A stretch of 64,000 bases of DNA from Cyanophora paradoxa CCMP329 (lineage: Eukaryota > Plantae > Glaucophyta), in contig QPMI01000459.1 of assembly GCA_004431415.1 (NCBI GenBank), positions 121,963-185,962 of the forward strand. Direction: 5' to 3'. Of this stretch, positions 61,601 to 64,000 are shown piece by piece. Position 1 is the first letter of the stretch, and every line of letters starts with the position of its first letter. The notes under the pieces were generated by a model, which worked only from the letters and a program-made list of their open reading frames with translations, had not been told where the DNA came from and made no database searches. A program made the translations under genes and the position numbers.

Positions 61601-63138
61601 CTCGAGCGTCTGCGCCTGGGCCGGGCAGGACGCGGCCAGGTGGCCGGTTTTGCCGCAGTTGTAGCACGCCCGGGGCCCTGCAGCTTGCTGGGGCGGGGGG
61701 CTCGAGCGGCCGTTCCCACCCTGCGGCGCGGGGTAGAACCGGCGCTTCGGGTCACCGGTGCCTGCGCCCGTTGGCCCGCGGCGCTTGGCCGGGTTGATTG
61801 CCGACCACTCGGGCAGAGGCCGCGGGTTGGTCCGGCACTCAAACGAGTAGTGCGACTCGCCGCAGTGGCACGGCCGCCGGGGCTTCTCGGGGAGACCCCG
61901 GGCCTTCAGGAAGTCTTTGATCTTCTGCTGATAGACCGGGTCGTCAAGGCGGGCGGCGGTGCGGACGCCGACGGGTAGAGCGCGCGGACTACGACGAGGG
62001 CTCGTCCCGAGCAATGAGCTGCAGGAACGAGATGACCTCGGCGTTCTGATCCTCGGCGTCGTCCGCGTCCCACCCGTACGCGTTTGCCTCAAGCTCTGCG
62101 ATCTCGGCTTCCGACACCGTCGTCGCGAGCATGATGCGCGTGCCCGCGCCGGCGCTGGCGGGTCCCTCGGCGAGAGCGTGGGCGCCTGCAGCGGCGTCCC
62201 GCGCGAGCCCAGCACTAGGGCCGAGCCGGGGACTTTGGAGATATCGACGTCCCAGGCGCCCAGTTCATTGGTGCGCTTGGTTACCAGGTCGATGACCGCA
62301 GAGGGTCCCGTGATCTCGCGGTCCGCGATCTTCTGCGACAGCTCGTCATAGATCTTCCGAGCCGTGGAGAAGTTCGTCATCATGTGCCGGCGATCGGTGT
62401 CCGAAATCTCGGAGTCTTCGAAGTCGCGGCACTGATTGCGAGTGCGGCGCTTGAGCATCTGGCCCGCGTGGCGCATGAGTGCCATAAGCGGTGTCTCGTG
62501 CGCCTCGCGGCACTCCGGGATGATGCTCAAGTCGAGGACGCGGCGATAGAACGCCTCCGGCGCCTCGCCACGTGCGGCAGGTCGAGGAGCGCCTTGTACC
62601 GGTCAGGGTTCCGCATCTCGGCGTCATCTTCGAGACGGCGCCTGATCGCGGTGTACGTGACCGTGAGGGCGGTCCGCTGCAAGCCCTCCTCGGCTTGCGC
62701 GATCTTCTCGTCGAGCGTCTCGAGGATCGCGACGTCTCGCGGGTCCGCCGTGCTCGTGCGCGCACGCTCGGCCCGGTACGCCTTCAGCTTCTCGAGCTCG
62801 CGAGTGTCGATCTGCTCGGCGCTCTGGAACAGCGAGATGTTCTGGCGCACGGGGTGCCCGTGATCTAGCGTGCCGAGAAGAGCCCACCCAGTTCGCTTCT
62901 GCACTTCAATGTGTGCAGTCGGCGAGACACTGAGCAAGTCCTTGCTCATGCTCGCGCAGCTCTCGAACTGGCGGAGGTGGTCCTGAACCGTGCGCTGATC
63001 GCTGCCCGGCGGCAGCTTCGGCAGGCTCTGGATCCATTGCAAAACATTTGATCCGCTCATAGAGTCCATGTCGGCGGCGCCACGCGCGTGCGCGGCCCGG
63101 ACGACGAACTCCGCGGAGGCTCCGGTCCCCGAGGACAT
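61600..63138 (-). CDS. Gag-like protein with CCHC zinc knuckle (frameshifted)
   Basis: ATG at 63138; LPKLPPGSDQRTVQDHLRQFE; GEAPEAFYRRV after a 1-nt shift; CYNCGKTGHLAASC (61625-61666); degenerate knuckle CHCGESHYSFEC. Confidence 0.85.
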
Positions 63139-63664
63139 TCTCAGGTCAAGCGGCGACGTAATGCCACGCTTTTCCGTGAGAGAATGTGCCTCGCTCGAGA
63201 TCCGAGGCCGTCGTGGTCCACAGCAGCGGCGAGCAAGCTCACTAGCTCGGCTGCGGCGATTCCGGAGACAGCTCGGGCGCGCACGCCTCAGCCGTCGATC
63301 CGATCGCTCTTCGTCTTGTCCAGCACGATCGCAACAGCCGGAGAAGGCTGGCGTCGCGGCGAGTGACTAGCGACCGATCAGGAATGATCCCACGGGCTCG
63401 CACGCAGCTCGCTCAGGAAACGGCGACGATCCGATCGGGACGGGATCCCTCGTATTCGCGCGCGTTCCTGGATCCGCAGGACTAAGTTCTGGTTCTTTCC
63501 AGAATGTTCGGTCGCCAACTGCGGATCAGCCCGGAGCGGCGCAGGCGGGGCGCGAGAAGCGACCCACGACCTCTGCTGAGGTCTACCTGCGCGCCGGCTG
63601 AGCCGCGGTCGCCGAGCTGGGTCGGTTGCTGATGACGGGTCGCTGATGATCGGGGTTCTGGCTC

Positions 63665-63681
63665 CGTGAGCAGATGGCGCC
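63665..63681 (-). other. Putative primer binding site (GGCGCCATCTGC...)
   Basis: Directly abuts the 5' LTR and is conserved next to the old LTR (GGCGCCACTGCTCACGGA). Resembles the TGGCGCC Lys-type PBS without its first T. Confidence 0.55.
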
Positions 63682-63937
63682 TGTCGGATGAGAGGATTCC
63701 CACCCGGTGCAGCGTCCGTGCGGTCACGCACGGGCTGGGGCTGTAGCTGGGAGCACAAGTGGTCTATTCACAAGTGTACCCGTCCAGGGATCGCGTACCC
63801 CCAAACGGAGTCGCGCCCGGCGCTAAGTCAGAATACAGAGAGTGCTAGAGCTAGCTGCTCGATAGCACTAGACTAGGGCTAGCGGCTACGCATAGACTGC
63901 CGGCTAGCCTAATCCGAGGGAATCGCGGCACGCGACA
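63682..63937 (-). repeat. 5' LTR
   Basis: Identical by eye to 45451-45706 and followed by TSD ATCTA. Confidence 0.97.
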
Positions 63938-64000
63938 ATCTATATATCTATAATTTCATTATTGATGCGAATCCGAAAATACCGAACGTCAATTCCATTC

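Larger units (their letters stand above)
45451..63937 (-). mobile_element. Full-length giant Ty3/gypsy LTR retrotransposon, 18,487 bp
   Basis: Identical 256-bp TG..CA LTRs, 5-bp TSD ATCTA (45446-45450 and 63938-63942), PPT, putative PBS, and domain order Gag-PR-RT-RH-INT. Confidence 0.97.

Noticed and set aside
46243-61978. Long plus-strand ORFs antisense to the gypsy polyprotein (e.g. 46243-47586, 54213-55661, 60569-61978)
   Set aside because: These are expected shadows of GC-rich coding sequence and contain no recognisable domains.
46396-63138. Numerous frameshifts read as programmed frameshifting or a non-standard genetic code
   Set aside because: Breaks are 1-nt shifts scattered through the LTR element, the LINE and a host gene, often at short runs, with no consistent slippery motif or in-frame stop reuse. 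Assembly error or decay is simpler.

Overview
GC-rich, intron-dense eukaryotic nuclear DNA, probably from an alga with a primary plastid. A cyanobacterial-type oxidoreductase carries an N-terminal extension with Phe at position 2 and no signal peptide, so a glaucophyte or red-lineage host is an inference only. Four host genes: an RKD-like RWP-RK transcription factor, a hypothetical protein, an FAD-dependent oxidoreductase and a head-to-head phospholipase D. The rest is mostly mobile DNA. It includes a young 18.5-kb Ty3/gypsy element (identical 256-bp LTRs, ATCTA TSD) with about 9 kb of unexplained coding sequence between Gag and protease and a deleted integrase catalytic Glu. There is also a degenerate relative of that element, an 8.5-kb 5'-truncated LINE (19-bp TSD) with RT, RNase H, zinc finger and a C-terminal Ulp1-type protease, tandem Helitron-like copies, and MITEs. 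The most striking signal is mutational. When paralogous repeat copies are aligned by eye, most indels are micro inverted triplications (XYZ -> XYZ-revcomp(XYZ)-XYZ, usually +6 nt). These saturate old DNA with chains of overlapping palindromes and also appear in-frame in host exons. Frequent 1-nt frameshifts in all long ORFs may be assembly errors.
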